Assembly (NCBI GenBank): GCA_050084515.1
Contig: CM114271.1
Coordinates: forward strand, 34,906,001 to 34,970,000
Source of the DNA: Blasia pusilla
Taxonomy: Eukaryota
Length of the DNA: 64,000 nucleotides
Direction: 5' to 3'
Below the pieces are notes generated by a model that saw nothing but the letters and a program-made list of their open reading frames with translations, had not been told where the DNA came from and made no database searches. Every line of letters begins with the position of its first letter. Within the stretch, counting starts at the first letter, position 1. The position numbers and the translations under genes are program-made. This document shows positions 42,130 through 55,465 of this stretch, one piece after another.

Positions 42130-44682
42130 GAGTTAAAGAGATCCTCTCACAGGAACCACTTCTGAAGTTGTTGGAGTTTGACGAACTGTTCGAGGTGCAC
42201 ACTGATGCTAGTGATTTCGTGATTACAGGAATATCGGTGCAAAAAGGGAGACCTGTACCATACAAAAGTAAGAAGCTTAGCGATACCGAAAGGAGATGGC
42301 CCACTCATGAGAAAGAGTTGTTTGCAGTGGTTCACTGTTTGAGGAAGTGGCGTCATTATCTCGGACTTCACAAGACTCGAGTGTTCACCCATAACATTTC
42401 ACTCAAGTATTTTGAGACCCTAGATCGCGTAACACCAAAGCAACTTCGATGGCATGATATCTTGGCGTTGACGAATGTGGAGCTAATCCACGAGCCGGGG
42501 AAAGACAATGTCATCCTAGATGCATTAAGTCGCAGGGATGAGCATATGCCATCGACGACACAAGTCTTGAGAGCAATGTTCCCTAATGAAACAGACCTGG
42601 AAAGAAGGATTTGTGAAGAATACATGAAGGATGCGCAAGCGAGTGAGTACCTTGGGAAGTTGAAGTGGGGCGAGAAGGTGGCCAATCTAATTTTGAGGCA
42701 CAGTTTGCTAAGGTTTAAGCAGATCAGGATCTATGTGGGCCAAGGCAAGCTACGGACCAAAGTGTTGGTGGAATATCATAACAAACCTTTGGCAGGACAC
42801 AAAGGGGAGAAATCCACTCTTGTTGTTTTGGCCAAGAGGTTCTTCTGGCCCAACATGAAGGAAGATGTTGCTCAATATGTGAAGATGTGCGTGACTTGTT
42901 AGGCGAACACAGTTTCTTATGTGAAGAAGCAAGGTTTACTTCTTCCTTTGCCGATCTTGGAGGGACCCTTGCAAAGCATTAGCATGGATTTCATTATGAG
43001 TCTTCCGAAATCTGAGGGATACAATGCTATACTTGTGATAGTTGATCGGTTTAGCAAGTTGGGGAGGTTTGTGCCGACGAGAGATTCTGCAACGGCTTAC
43101 ACGACTTCCCAACTGTTCTTGGATGGTTGGTGGCGAGCTCATGGATTGCCTAGAAGCATTGTGTCCGATCGAGATCCAAAGTTTACTAGTGCCTTTTGGA
43201 AACATCTATTCAGGAGGTTCAGGACCAAACTCAACTTTAGTACGGCCTTCCATCCTCAAACGGATGGGCAACGGAAAAATTAAACTCGGTTGTGAACTAG
43301 TACTTAAGGAATTACGTGAGTGCGGACCAAAGAGATTGGGCAAAGTGGCTAAGTGTGGCTGAGTATTGTTACAACTCGACCAAGCATTCTGCAACTCGAG
43401 AATCTCCGTTTCTTTTGGCGTATCAAAGAGAACCGGAAGGGCCTCTAGACTTGGCCCTTTCAAGGGGTGCTACATCCGCACACACTCGCCAACCAACGGA
43501 GAAATTTTTGTTAGTAGAAATGTAGGAACGACACGGGCGAGCAAGAAGAAGTCTTACCAAGGCTCAACTAAGGTACATGAAGCATGCTAACAAAAGTCGA
43601 CGCCAAGTGAGTTTCCAAGTTGGGGAACAAGTGTGGTTGAGTGTAAAGAATCTCACTCTTCCAAAGGAATTGTCTGCAAAATTTTCAGCAAAGTATGCTA
43701 GACTGTATGTGATCAGGGCAAAGCCGTTTGAGGATGTGTATACTTTGGAACTGCCAAACGAGTTCAAGATTCACCCGACTTTCTATGTGTCATTATTGAA
43801 GAAGTGTCTTCAAGATAATGTGCGTCCAGATCGAAGGATTGTATTGAGACTGCAACCGGTCATTAGAAATGAGGAATCGGAGTTCGAGGTGGAGACCATT
43901 CTGTGTTCCAGACGTAGAGCCACCAAGTACGAGTACTTGGTCAAGTGGAAAGGCTACCATGTGAAACACATACGTTAGTACATGGTGAAGCAAGGGACAT
44001 AACTTGTGACCAGGAAGCTTGGGCCGATAACCCATTGTAACTAAAAAAAATTAGTTGTTGCAATAAAGAAAGCATGGATTTGGAGATTCGATACTAATGA
44101 TTGTGATTTTGACTTGGGGGGGGGGGTCACTATTTGGAGGTCTATACATCACCTGTGACGTTTTAGGATTTGGAGCCCCTATCTTATAAGTGAAATTTTT
44201 TTTTAACCTCACCCTTTCTTACTTTAAAGCGACTGATTTTGCATTTTCATCACCCCTAAAATTCTTTAAGTAAAGAGTCATGTAGGATTAAACAAGGCCT
44301 TGAAAGATAAGACAAGTACCTCTTTTGATGAGCATTTATCTACCTTTTGGTCTTGCGCAACATATCATATCCCCTTCTCCAAGCCATAAACCAAACATCA
44401 CTTCAGGTACAAATTTGGGAGGGTGCCATAAGCTATAAATAGGAATCATACACCATGACAGAGGGGAATTGAACCCCTGATTGAGCATGAAACTCAATCA
44501 AACAATATGCCATCCCCCCAAGCCTACTCCCTCCCACTATCCTACTCAATGCTCAAATGATAACTCATTAAATCCCACATGACAAACCTAAGGACATTCG
44601 TCAAGTTATCGCAAGCAATAAATCACCGTAATCCATTCACATTCTGAATGTATCTAGATAGAGCTTTGTAAGTCAGCTAAAT

Positions 44683-47600
44683 CTAGGACATACACTCTGT
44701 CTTGTATACTAGATTCCATTGTCTGACCCAATGAGAACCATTCTTTTGTATCATAAACTCAATCCGACCCAACCAATATTCCTTTTTTGCCACTTCTGCC
44801 TCCATAACTAGTTGTTTTTCTTTCCCTTTCCTTTTCTTTGACTTTTTTGAACTGGTTGAGGGACTGTACTCTGGAGAAGACTCGAACAAAACAACTACAT
44901 CACTATCAATACCAACCAAACAAGTATGGCAATTAGCATCATATTCTTTTCCCTTACAAGTTGTGTAATAGGTCTTCTCGGATATCCGAGTTAGCATGTC
45001 CTTTGACATGAAAGGATTGCAAGATAATTGACTCACTAAAGTAAATTTGAAGATAGTTCTGCCATCATAAGTTACAGTAGGCAAAACTCTATGAGTTACC
45101 TGCACGTTAGTCAATTCTGCCTAAACCGCTCCTAAGACATGTCTTACTTCTCCTACGAGTGTCTCCATCTCTTCTAAGTTATCATTGTCCACCTCTACCT
45201 CTGCACCATCTACTGTCATTGGTTCAATGAAATCCCTAATATTTTTAGTGGCCCAACAATCAATCCGATTCAAATCTTCCTCAGGGTCTTCTAATTCAAA
45301 AAACTCCCCGAGTGGGGGCTCAATTGACCGAGGCCCAATAGTGCATGCATGCTCCTCGACGTCTTCTCCATCATCACACAACACAATCTCTTCCATGACA
45401 GTTGTTTCTTCCATGTCCCTGCCTCCACGTCCCAAGGATGCAACCACCACCTTCTCTTTGCAACTGATAAGGAACTTCAAGATGACATGTTCAACCTGCG
45501 ATATAACTCTGGCACATTCGAACCAACTCATTAGTCTTGAGTAAGGAATAATCAAATAGATTTGGAGCTTGTTCTCCCTTACCAAGAGGATAAAGCTTTC
45601 CCCATACATGCTCTTGCTTGTTGTGTGACCGACGTATCTTCAATCCCTCTGGTCCATACTTTAAGCTAGCTAAACGATTCACTCCTACTGCGTTGTCCAA
45701 CAGCGATTCAAAGTCATAATTTTGTTCATGGCCACTCATGCCGCCTACCTTACTGAAAAATATCTCACAACAATCGGATTCCAACAAGTGAAATGGATTT
45801 TGTAGGTAGGGAAACTTCTCTCGAAATGCACAAATTAATAAAACAATGAAATGACACGACATGTTGATATCATGGAAGGCCTGAACAGAAATCATGTTCT
45901 TCTCTGTGATAGATCATGCATTTCCTTTTACAGAATGGTCACCATATCTCAACCATAGCCTCCACAAGCGAAAAAACCAAGATACTTTGGATGCCAATAC
46001 AACACGAGTCCGCAAGTCATGCTTCCTAGAGAAGAAAATATCAATGTAGTCTACACAAACCTCCAAATGTATTAGAGTTCCAAAGCTTTGATTATGGCGA
46101 ATATCTTGCCGCTCAAACATGTGTAACAAGCAAGCCTACACTCTCCTGGAAGCTATTCGTTGTGGGCCAGCCCAATTATGTTTGTATGTCCTATTCACAT
46201 CATCCCAATTCAAGCCATGCTCTTGAATTGCATAATGGTTATAAATAGAAGTCACATACGACAATGATGCATGTTGATCTCCAAGAACTAACATAGCAAA
46301 ACATCGGTCCAATGGGTTGATTTCTTTCTTGCCATTGTGAGGTGGGTCTTGGTCTCCAAAGCCATACCAATCTCCATTTGGAAGAATGGACATAGAATAC
46401 TGCCATTATTCCCACCCTACCCTGTACCTAGGGTAAGAACTATTCATTCCTGTATAGTCTTCCATCATCAATTTTCTACGACGGGCATCCCCGTCACTAG
46501 CATGGCCCAGCAATGGACCAACTTTTGCTCTGCAATATTTATCCCACATGGATTTCAATTGTATCCAATGCTCCCTCACCCAATCAGCTTTGAACCTATT
46601 ACATATAGCAGTAGCACATAGTGCCAATTTTGGCATCTTCTCATGCAGAGGATTCACAATGATAACTCGTGCAAACATTCCTTTTGCATACTTCTCAAAA
46701 GTACTTAAAATTTGGTCGTACCCCTCATTACCTTCCCCAAAAAGTAACTCCAAGCCATAAGAGCAAGTGTGTTCTTCTGAAGGTCCACAAAAACCAATGA
46801 GGGTGTCATATTTTGCCTCCCATCTATCACCAACAGAGAACAATGTGAAAACTTTGGCCGTGTCACTATCATCTTCCTCACACAAATAGAAAATCTAACG
46901 TTTTAAGGAAAATTTACAAGCCTTGTATCACTATCATATTGTAAAATGCACAAACCTAGGTCATTCTTTAATCCTTGTTTCATCCTTTGCAAACATTACT
47001 GGTACACCTCCATCAATCCCAAGGGTTTGCTTTGATGCAGATAATACTCTGCACAACTCTTGGAATATCTCACTTTGTAGCCCAACTCTGAAGGGTGGTA
47101 ATTTAGCTCTATCACGTTTCAAGGTCTTCAGACTTGGCCCACCTAAGTTTTCCAGGAAACAATGTGCTACTTGACGACCCCCGAATTGGAACATGGCCTG
47201 AGAAAATGCCTTGGTTCTCTTACTAAAGCAATAACCCTTGGCTACCCTCTGAAAATTCTTAGCTATATCTTTTAAGAAGTCCCACAAACTCTCTTTACCA
47301 CCAAATGCATCTGACCTATGCCCATTTACTATGTTCCTAAGAAACAATCTCAAATCTTTTCTATCTGCTGCTACTCCTAACATCTCTTCTAGCTTCTTTC
47401 GCCTAGTACTTAGAGTGCAAATTCTAGATGCTTGCAATGCCAGAAGCCAACGTTGTCTCTTGAATATGATATTTAGACTGCCAATGTAATTCTTTAGCTT
47501 AGTCTTTGTGAAGTGCTTTAACTTCATGCCTTTCTAAGTGGTCCTTCCTCCTCTTTGCACTATAGCTTGCGCTTCCCTGTGCACCCGGCCACGGAAATCA

Positions 47601-48640
47601 TCTTCCCGCATTATAGAATCACAATAAATACAAGTAAGGTTATCAAAACCCCCCATTAGATGAAAATAGTAAGCAAAGCTTGTGCCTAAAACATCCTTGT
47701 GCCTAAAACATATTGTACATTGACCATGGACCCGCTAGTAGGATTCAGAACCTCGGCTCTTGTGGAAAGCTCACAATCCCTAAACTTTTCCTCCCTCTTG
47801 ATCATCTAGTATACCTTTCACTTGCATTGAATCTCTTGTCCACTTGACCTCTGGCCCCCACAACCCCCAACAAAGTAAACTCAACCCAAGATCAATGGGC
47901 TGATCAAACCCACCTTTGCCATAACTTCTCCTTGTGCCTTCCAGCCATCATCTTTAAAGAATTTCAATATGGAATTTTGAGATGGATAGAGATCTCTAGC
48001 ATCGGGCTTCCTTGATGTTCCCTTCTTCCCAGACCTCAATGCAAGCTGGGCAGTTGTCACTCTTGACTCAAGGATATCCATGTGATCCCTGCTAAGCAAG
48101 TGTTGTCGCAAATTATGCTCCAAATTGGCCTTCTTAGGGCACATGTCAATGTGCAACTTGCCACAAACTGTTCATCTCACCCTGAATAGGAATGACTTGT
48201 CTGCATATATTGGATCACCGGCACATGGTGTGATAGAGAACACCTCTAGCTCCCCCCCTATTGCTCTATTTACTCTCTCAACTATTTCCCGTCCTCTAGC
48301 AATCTCCACAACATGATCCCAATAGGGTTTTTGTACAAGGTCAATAGGTGATATTAATACACTCGGAAGACCTCGCCTCCTACAATAGTTTTCCTTGTGT
48401 TCGGGGTTCTACAAATGCTAAGTCTTGAAATTGCTAAAGCAATTTGAGATGGATTTTAGAACCTCAGAATTTCCTACATTGCCATAAATCTCCGTGCACT
48501 CTAGACATTCTAGATGCCCTCAAACGTCTTTCCCCTCAACCCAAGTTCTAACTCTCCACTTATGATCACCAAATCCCTTCACCTTTACCCAAGAACACAA
48601 CTTTAGCCACTCATCATTCCAGCTCTTTGTTGCAGCCTCT
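44683..48640 (-). pseudogene. Decayed P-element/THAP9-like DDE transposase
   Basis: VPVMFAKDETRIK...WEAKYDTLIGFCG, HASDGDARRR, DQDPPHNGKK (DxxH), ESDCCEIFFSKVGG, plus an N-terminal C2H2-like remnant. Multiple stops; no TIRs identified. Confidence 0.65.
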
Positions 48641-48736
48641 GACATTAGAGTGACTCAAATGAACCTGTGATGTCCCCATTTGAGACGATGAAGCTATGTC
48701 TGCTATGGTAGATATAGTGGCAGTTGATGAGTGAGA

Positions 48737-49181
48737 TGTCACGTCTTTTAGGATAGATCGGTAAGATCTAGTAGAGCGCCTTTGCGAGAAGTGGAGGACA
48801 GGCTCAAGAGGTCAAAGATGACCTATTGAAGCCCCGGGAAATATGAGAGAACAGGTTTCTCCTTCGTTTCGGCTCATTTGGAGCCATATTGAGGAACTTA
48901 CTATTTTAGGTAAGTACCATTTTGAGTATATGGTCAAATTTCTATTTTTGGAAGTGACCCTTGACCTCCTACATCAAGTCAAGAGCCAAGGAGATGACTT
49001 GGGAGCATAGGTTACCATGGAGAGAGCTTGGGAGAGGGGAGGGATATACCTCAAGGAGAGAGAGCTTGAGCTTTATTGTCTCGTTGTTTGGATGCCATGA
49101 GTTAGCATGGGATCATGCGTGTTTGTGTGTGTGCTCGGTGATAACGATGTATGTTGTGTAGCGATGTGTATGCGCACGACA
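48737..49181 (+). repeat. A+B terminal repeat unit with internal deletion
   Basis: tgtcacgtctttt...tgcgcacgaca; ~200 bp spanning the A/B join is missing at ~49071; flanks gaga/cata do not match. Confidence 0.9.
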
Positions 49182-49439
49182 CATACTAGTTCCCTAACAA
49201 ATACACATGTGGTCCCCTCATAAGACCAACTAACCCTATAGGTCTTAGTGGAACCATACATGGCTGGAAAGGTCAACCTCTCCAAGGTTGCCACTCCTCA
49301 TAAAGGGAAGGGTGACGTACACTCTTAGGTCACCTCCTAAGAGCAAGTCACATATGACCTCTCAAAATAGGGAAGTACAAGACTCCTCTAAGGCCTCGAT
49401 ACTATCTCGCCCTACGCCTCATCCACCATGACAACAACT

Positions 49440-49855
49440 AGACTCTTGCGCCTTGTGTGACAATGGGGATGAAACCTCTAATCACTACTTGGTCTCTTGC
49501 ACAAAATTCACAACACACACAACAAGAATATATGACGATATTGCTAAGGTGGTAACATCAAAAAATTTCAACACATTTAGTAGCCTCGATTCATTGCTCA
49601 AAGTCGTTGCACTCGTAAATAATGTCTAATAGGGATCCCAATTACGTGAAGAGTTTCTTGGTTGACACTTGGAAGCTCCGCACCAACATGTTGTCTAGTC
49701 AACACTCACACTATATGAGAGTGTCTCACCCCTGTCAGATGGTACCTTCTTCACTTCTTCCTCTCTCAACACCCATCCCAGTCTCAAGCACCGTCCAACC
49801 AAGGTACAGAGTCTATCGTCCCAAGGCTACGACACACACTACTTAATGATTACAA
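49440..49855 (+). mobile_element. LINE 3' fragment (CCHC and 3' UTR)
   Basis: CALCDNGDETSNHYLVSC; matches 30965-31380. Confidence 0.8.
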
Positions 49856-51262
49856 TCTTTGTGTAGAGAATTTTGTAATTATGGAAGGAAAGCCTAGCCA
49901 CCAAGTAGGTTTGTGACAGTCTAGATGGTGCATAGATCATATCTTCTAATCAATCAAATGAGAAGATAAGATCACCTAGTACCTCTTCTTGGATCTCAAG
50001 AAGTTATATGACATGTATAGCATGATGACACGTCTTATAGCTTGTGGGAGGCTAGATCGAGAGAAAAAATTGAGGTTGGTGGAGAATTCATATTAGAAAA
50101 CAATTGGTAATAACTTTGTTTCGGCCTTAATCTTTGTTGTTAAGACCTTCTTGGTTGACACTTGAAGCTTCAAACCAATACTTTGTGTGGTTAGATCTCA
50201 AACTATATGAGAGAGGTTCCCTAGTCTTAGCCGACACCCTCTTCATTTCTCCCTCACTATGCACTTGTCCCAATTTTAGGCATGATTTAGGTTTGGAAGC
50301 TTTAGCTTTAGGACTAGGGCAATCACCTACTCTACTTAATGCACACAATCTTTGTATTGTGTTATTAAGAAGTTCCACATTCATATTTGGAAGATAAGCA
50401 ACAACAATACTATGTGATGGTAGTTCTCAAATATGATGGTTTCCCTCATCTAGTGGTAGTTTCTCATATGTCTTCCCTCTGGGACCTCTTCCCAATTTAG
50501 AATCCCTGCACTATGTGAGAGTTCCAATTATCTCATGGTAGTTTCTCCACCTTTCCACCCCACAAGCACGTATCTAATTAGTGAAGCACTATCCAACCCT
50601 GGCAAGGTGGACATACATAACCTAATGAGTACAATCTCTCAAGTTTTGGAAATTGGGTTTTGTATGACTCATCCGAAAGCCAAAAGAGCCTAGAAAGTCT
50701 TTGCAGGCCTTGGTCCCTCACTCTCAAAAATTTTAAAATTGGTCTCTTCCAACACAACCTTAAACTCTTCCATCTATTTTCATGCTAAGAAGCAAATTTT
50801 GCGTGTATAAATTATAAATGTTCGGGTTTCTTAAAATTAGGTGCAAGATGACATCTTCACAAGTTCTATTTTTTGTTGTAAGTTAAGTAGGATTTTGCAG
50901 TTTTTGTGGTTTTTCCAAGTAACTCTTCTCCACGTTTTCAGAAAAGAGAAATAAAACCTTTCTTGATTGTTATTTCTCTCTTTTTCACCAATGGTGAATT
51001 GCCCCCTTTCTCAAGCTTTGAGAATCACAGATTCCCACCATATCACCAATTTTCTTTCCTCACATCTCATCTTATATCCATATGCATGGGCACCTTGCTA
51101 GTGCTTCTAAGCAGCAACCTCCCCTCAGTCCTAAACCTAGGAGTGATGTAAGCTGAAGAAGGCTGCTAATTGAAAAGACTGAACACACAATTCAGAAATC
51201 ATTAGCCATAGTTGACTGTCAAATATACAATGATACTGAATTTCGAATTTCATAAGTTTTAA

Positions 51263-54200
51263 TCAGCTCTTGCTCTCTATTTGTCGAAAAGTGAAATTTA
51301 GCCGACCAGGCACCATATGTAAGCCAGGTGGGCGAGTCCCAGCTTGCACATTGCGAGTCCCATGATACACCAGTCGGGATTCTCCACCGAACACTATGAC
51401 GTCTCCACTGTTCAAAATGATTTCATGTTCCCTGCCAAACCCAAAGACCAGTGCAGGATTACAAAACCTTCCCTTTCAAATGCACTTAGTCAAGCAAAGA
51501 AAAATAACCGACAGCTTCAAAGAAAAATAGACTATTCAAAGTCCAAGTTGGTGAAATTCTACAATTTCCATCGACATGATACGTTTCATCCATAACTGAA
51601 GTGCATGACTAGATAATTTAATGCTTTCTTGAAAACAGTATGGGTCAACACCATTGGCAGGGAGCATGAACTGATTTCAAGGATGATAATCAGTAGAGGT
51701 CTTATTTTAAAGTGACTGAGCAATATCCTCACATCTACAAGGTATGTCATGTTGCTACTCACCGATTGTGTGCAACATCGCCATCCACACAGTTTTTAGT
51801 TAACTCATTGTCCACAGCAACAAAGACTCCTGATTTTCGCCTACTTAGTGGTGGAAACCGCCTGTAGAAGAAAGTCATGCTATCCCCTACACTCAAACTT
51901 ACCTGCCAAGACATGAAACATTCTGAAATGAGTAGGCATATTCTCCAAGAGACAGTATAAAGGCAGAATACACAGATTATCACACGAGGCTCTAGTTTTT
52001 TGGAAGTGAGATTCTTACATCAAAACATATCCTTCACTTTGAAAACTATGCAGATATGATGTGATTGCAACCATTCTGAACACTGATTACTAAACAAGTC
52101 TATGGCTCAAAAAAAACCTCTAGTATCTATCCCAATGTGTGCTTACCACAGGCATAGAGCAAGAATCATCAAGATCTTGATGACCACCCAACCCTACGAC
52201 TCCAAGCTCATCTGCTTTCACCTGGATCCCAGAAACGCAAGGCTTATTAGTACTTTCAAGTACTTGAACGAGTTGCCGATTGAGCAACAAGCTAAAACAC
52301 TAGTGATTACAGGTTCTTCCATACCGGATAAAAGTTGACCAAGCCGACTTCAGGAGCAAATATGGAATCTAAAGGGTACACAGATGTGTGTTGTTGCGCA
52401 TCCTGTGCAATTTTCTGTGACAACTCAAACATCCACAATGGCAGAGGCCATTCTGAACCCTCTGAAACATAACGATGAGCCCTTGTGTCCCACTTCGGGC
52501 CCCAACACATCTGCAAAGATGACACGGTTTCAATGAATTAGACACATGACTAAAGAGAGTTTCATCAGAAATTTTGCGCCTCATGACTCAACTTAGCCCT
52601 TGTCATTATAGTGCTGCTCTCACTGTCTATCAAAGCAAGAGCCTGAGGTGCTAATAAAGAATTGGAGTTGGATGACATTAGCACTATATCGGTCTCAAGA
52701 GAACCTTCAACTACAATATCCACTACAGAAGCTGCTTGCATATTCTATTGACTTCTGAATCCATGTAACACCAAAAGGGGAACACAGAAGGTCATACGGA
52801 GTAAATATGGTACTTGCCCCCGCCAGATGTAATCGGTCTGTGAAACAAGTGAGCTACACGCTGGCTCTCCTGCACCAACAGTTGTTGCTGCTCCAAGTCC
52901 AGCCAACTCCTGAAGAGAACCATACTGCAGATGGCAATGACACTTTTTAGACCTAGATCCTTCAAAACAATCCTTTCATATCCGTTGGAACGTGATCAGA
53001 GAATACACGCTGCTCGATTGGATTGATTTGAATTCAAGCTGTCACGACTACCAACTGGGACGAGCATCTACGATGCAGTTCAGTTCTCATTTGAAGAAGC
53101 GAAGTAGTGATGAAAGAAGACAGATGGTGAAGTATGTCTCTGAAGCTATTGGGCTCAAGGACTTCCTTCAAAGGTGAACGACAACAATTGTCCCAGAGCT
53201 TTATGAGTGGATCTACGCTATAAGTGAGCTACAAGATGAGATTTTGTCTATGCACTCGGAGAATTCCTTCCGTGGTGACCGTGAATTCACCACGGGAATC
53301 AACTGAATCTCTTTTTGAGTGGATCTATGAATCAACTGAGCTGCATGATGAGCTTCTATGCGATGGAAGATTTGCTTCAATTTTAGGCAGAGAGAAAGAT
53401 GATCTGCGCGATGACATACCCCGGCTGTAGTACAGTGACGGTCGGCTTCTGTCTCACCGGTGCCGAAGAAGGCACCCTCCAAAACATGGAAATCCTTGCT
53501 TGGCTCTGCTTTTGTCGCTGGAACAATTTGAACCCTGCAGGTGGGCGATCTACGTCTCGTCCGCTTCTGTCCCTCAAATTCTCTGCCGCTCCTGGCTGTC
53601 CCCGAGCTTCATCGTCCATGAGTCCAGTGCTAAGAGTTTTCCCTGTGCGGAAGCTATGGATATCTGGTGGTGAGGGAGCCAATACCTCTCGGTATGCCCC
53701 ACGTTTGCTGACATCTTGGAGGCACTTCGGTTGAGCGTTCTTCAATTCGCCACTGTAGAGGATGGCACCATTCACCGAGGGACAATGAGACATTTCACAT
53801 GGAATTTCATCTGTTGAACCCTCTGAAGTTGGTCCCAAGCTGTGCATACCCGCGGACACGGACGTGCTCGCTGAAAGTATTGCATCTTGGCCTCGCATAA
53901 AGAACCTCTCTTCAAGTGCTGAACTGCTACCGCCTTTCTCCTCGAAAATATGAGAATCCGAAATCGATGGAATTGTACCGAATTTGCTTGGAATTGTAAG
54001 CTCCTCCGCTCCCCTAATGTCATAAACGGGTGTAGAAGAAACCAGACAGGGGGATCCAATTTTTCTTGGAAGGGGAGCAACACTATTGTCTGTGCGTGGC
54101 GGAGAAGGAACTCTGCCCTTCACCTGTGATATGAGAGATGCCATATTCTTCTCCCAAAAACCAGGTCCATCACAGGAAGTTGACCCGGAAGGGCAGTCAT

Positions 54201-54411
54201 TAGGAGAATTTATGCTTGGCAAGACATGGGATTGAGAAGTACCTGAAGAAGAGGAATCCAGGCACTGATTGACATGATCTTCAAGGGTGAAGTAAGTAAA
54301 GGAACGGTTACAAACGGGGCAGGGCCAGAATCGCTGCTTCTTACCACTTCCATAGCTCGGCTGCTTGGGAGGGCGCTTATATCCAGTTTGAAGGCTCCGT
54401 TGCAAAGGCAT
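51263..54411 (-). CDS. AlkB/ALKBH1-like 2OG-Fe(II) dioxygenase with N-terminal UBZ4-like zinc finger, ~562 aa, 6 exons
   Basis: Exons 54411-53420, 52924-52798, 52510-52325, 52221-52147, 51902-51763, 51431-51263 (1689 nt). PEVGLVNFY, GHQD, VVSLSVGD, SGDVIVFGGESRLVYHG, GRLNFTFR; N-terminal CPVC-x11-H-x3-C. Confidence 0.9.
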
Positions 54412-55332
54412 GGTGTTTCTTTGCGTCAAATTTCAAAATTCTACCTACAGATTCGAAGAACTCTTCTTCCTACTTCCATGATTGCAATGATCAGCTACCC
54501 GCTTTCACTCACTTCACTCAAGCCTCAAAGTGCCCTGCCTTAAGTTTCAAACTCCTCCTTCCATGCTTTTGTCGAACTCCAGCTGACACACGCGAGTGCA
54601 TTCAGGGCATTCAGTGACGTTTCTTGACCTCCAAGATAGTAAATCACCTCAACCAAAGCCGATCACGCGATTGAACTCTGCGGCTGACGTTCTTCTCCTC
54701 ACGTCTGCTATCGATAGCCTTCCTCTTCTTCACTCTTCCTTCCATGTCGAGGCACAATTGGACTCGTCCATGTCACTCTTCACTCTCCTCTCCTCTCTAC
54801 GTCCGGTCTGCAATTTCGACGTCATTTTGATGGTCATATCTCTGTCATGACTAAAATCTCTGGCGTAAACCACATGCGGTCGATACCTTCAGATGTTCGA
54901 CCTCATCAGTTCCTGCAGCCGCTTCCGAATCGATCTCAATTGTGACACGGGAATAACCCGCGAACAAACCTCTGCATTCAAATGAGGTGGGCCATTGACC
55001 GGAATATGCAGATATCGCATTCCCCTTACCGGTCCGTAAGAAGCCAGAAGCCTACCGGATTTGACGTTTGATCCCGGTGTGAATGGACGACCACAAAAAC
55101 CGTCAACGTTCTCATTGCAACTGCAATGATTCGTTCCTCTTGTCATCTAATTGATGATGGGAGCGCGAGGGTTTGTTTTCACAGAGATTTGTCGCTTTGA
55201 TTCTCCGCGGACTCGTTCGCTGTCGGAAAGTAATTTCATGCCTCTCGTGCTTCTCTATTTGTTTGCTTTGCTCCTTTTCTGTGTTTACCTCATTATTCTC
55301 CTGTGTGTGTTTGTTCCTCGCATGATAAACCA

Positions 55333-55465
55333 GAGAAATCGAGGATTTAGGATGAGGTTCGCACACGTAGGGATGGAGTAAATTTGAACGATAAACTGGA
55401 GAAATCGAGGGATTTGGATGAGGTTCGCACACGTAGCGGTGGACTTAATCTGAACGAGCAATGAG
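55333..55465. repeat. ~66-bp tandem repeat x2
   Basis: gagaaatcgagg...ggatgaggttcgcacacgtag...tgaacga occurs twice. Confidence 0.85.

Larger units (their letters stand above)
38279..43990 (+). mobile_element. Decayed chromovirus-type Ty3/Gypsy: 5' LTR, PBS, gag-PR-RT-RH-IN-chromodomain; no 3' LTR seen
   Basis: LTR ends gcgcacaaca at 39160 (start approximate); PBS tggtatcagagc; [106 protein letters not shown]. The RT YxDD core is deleted near 41450. Confidence 0.92.
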
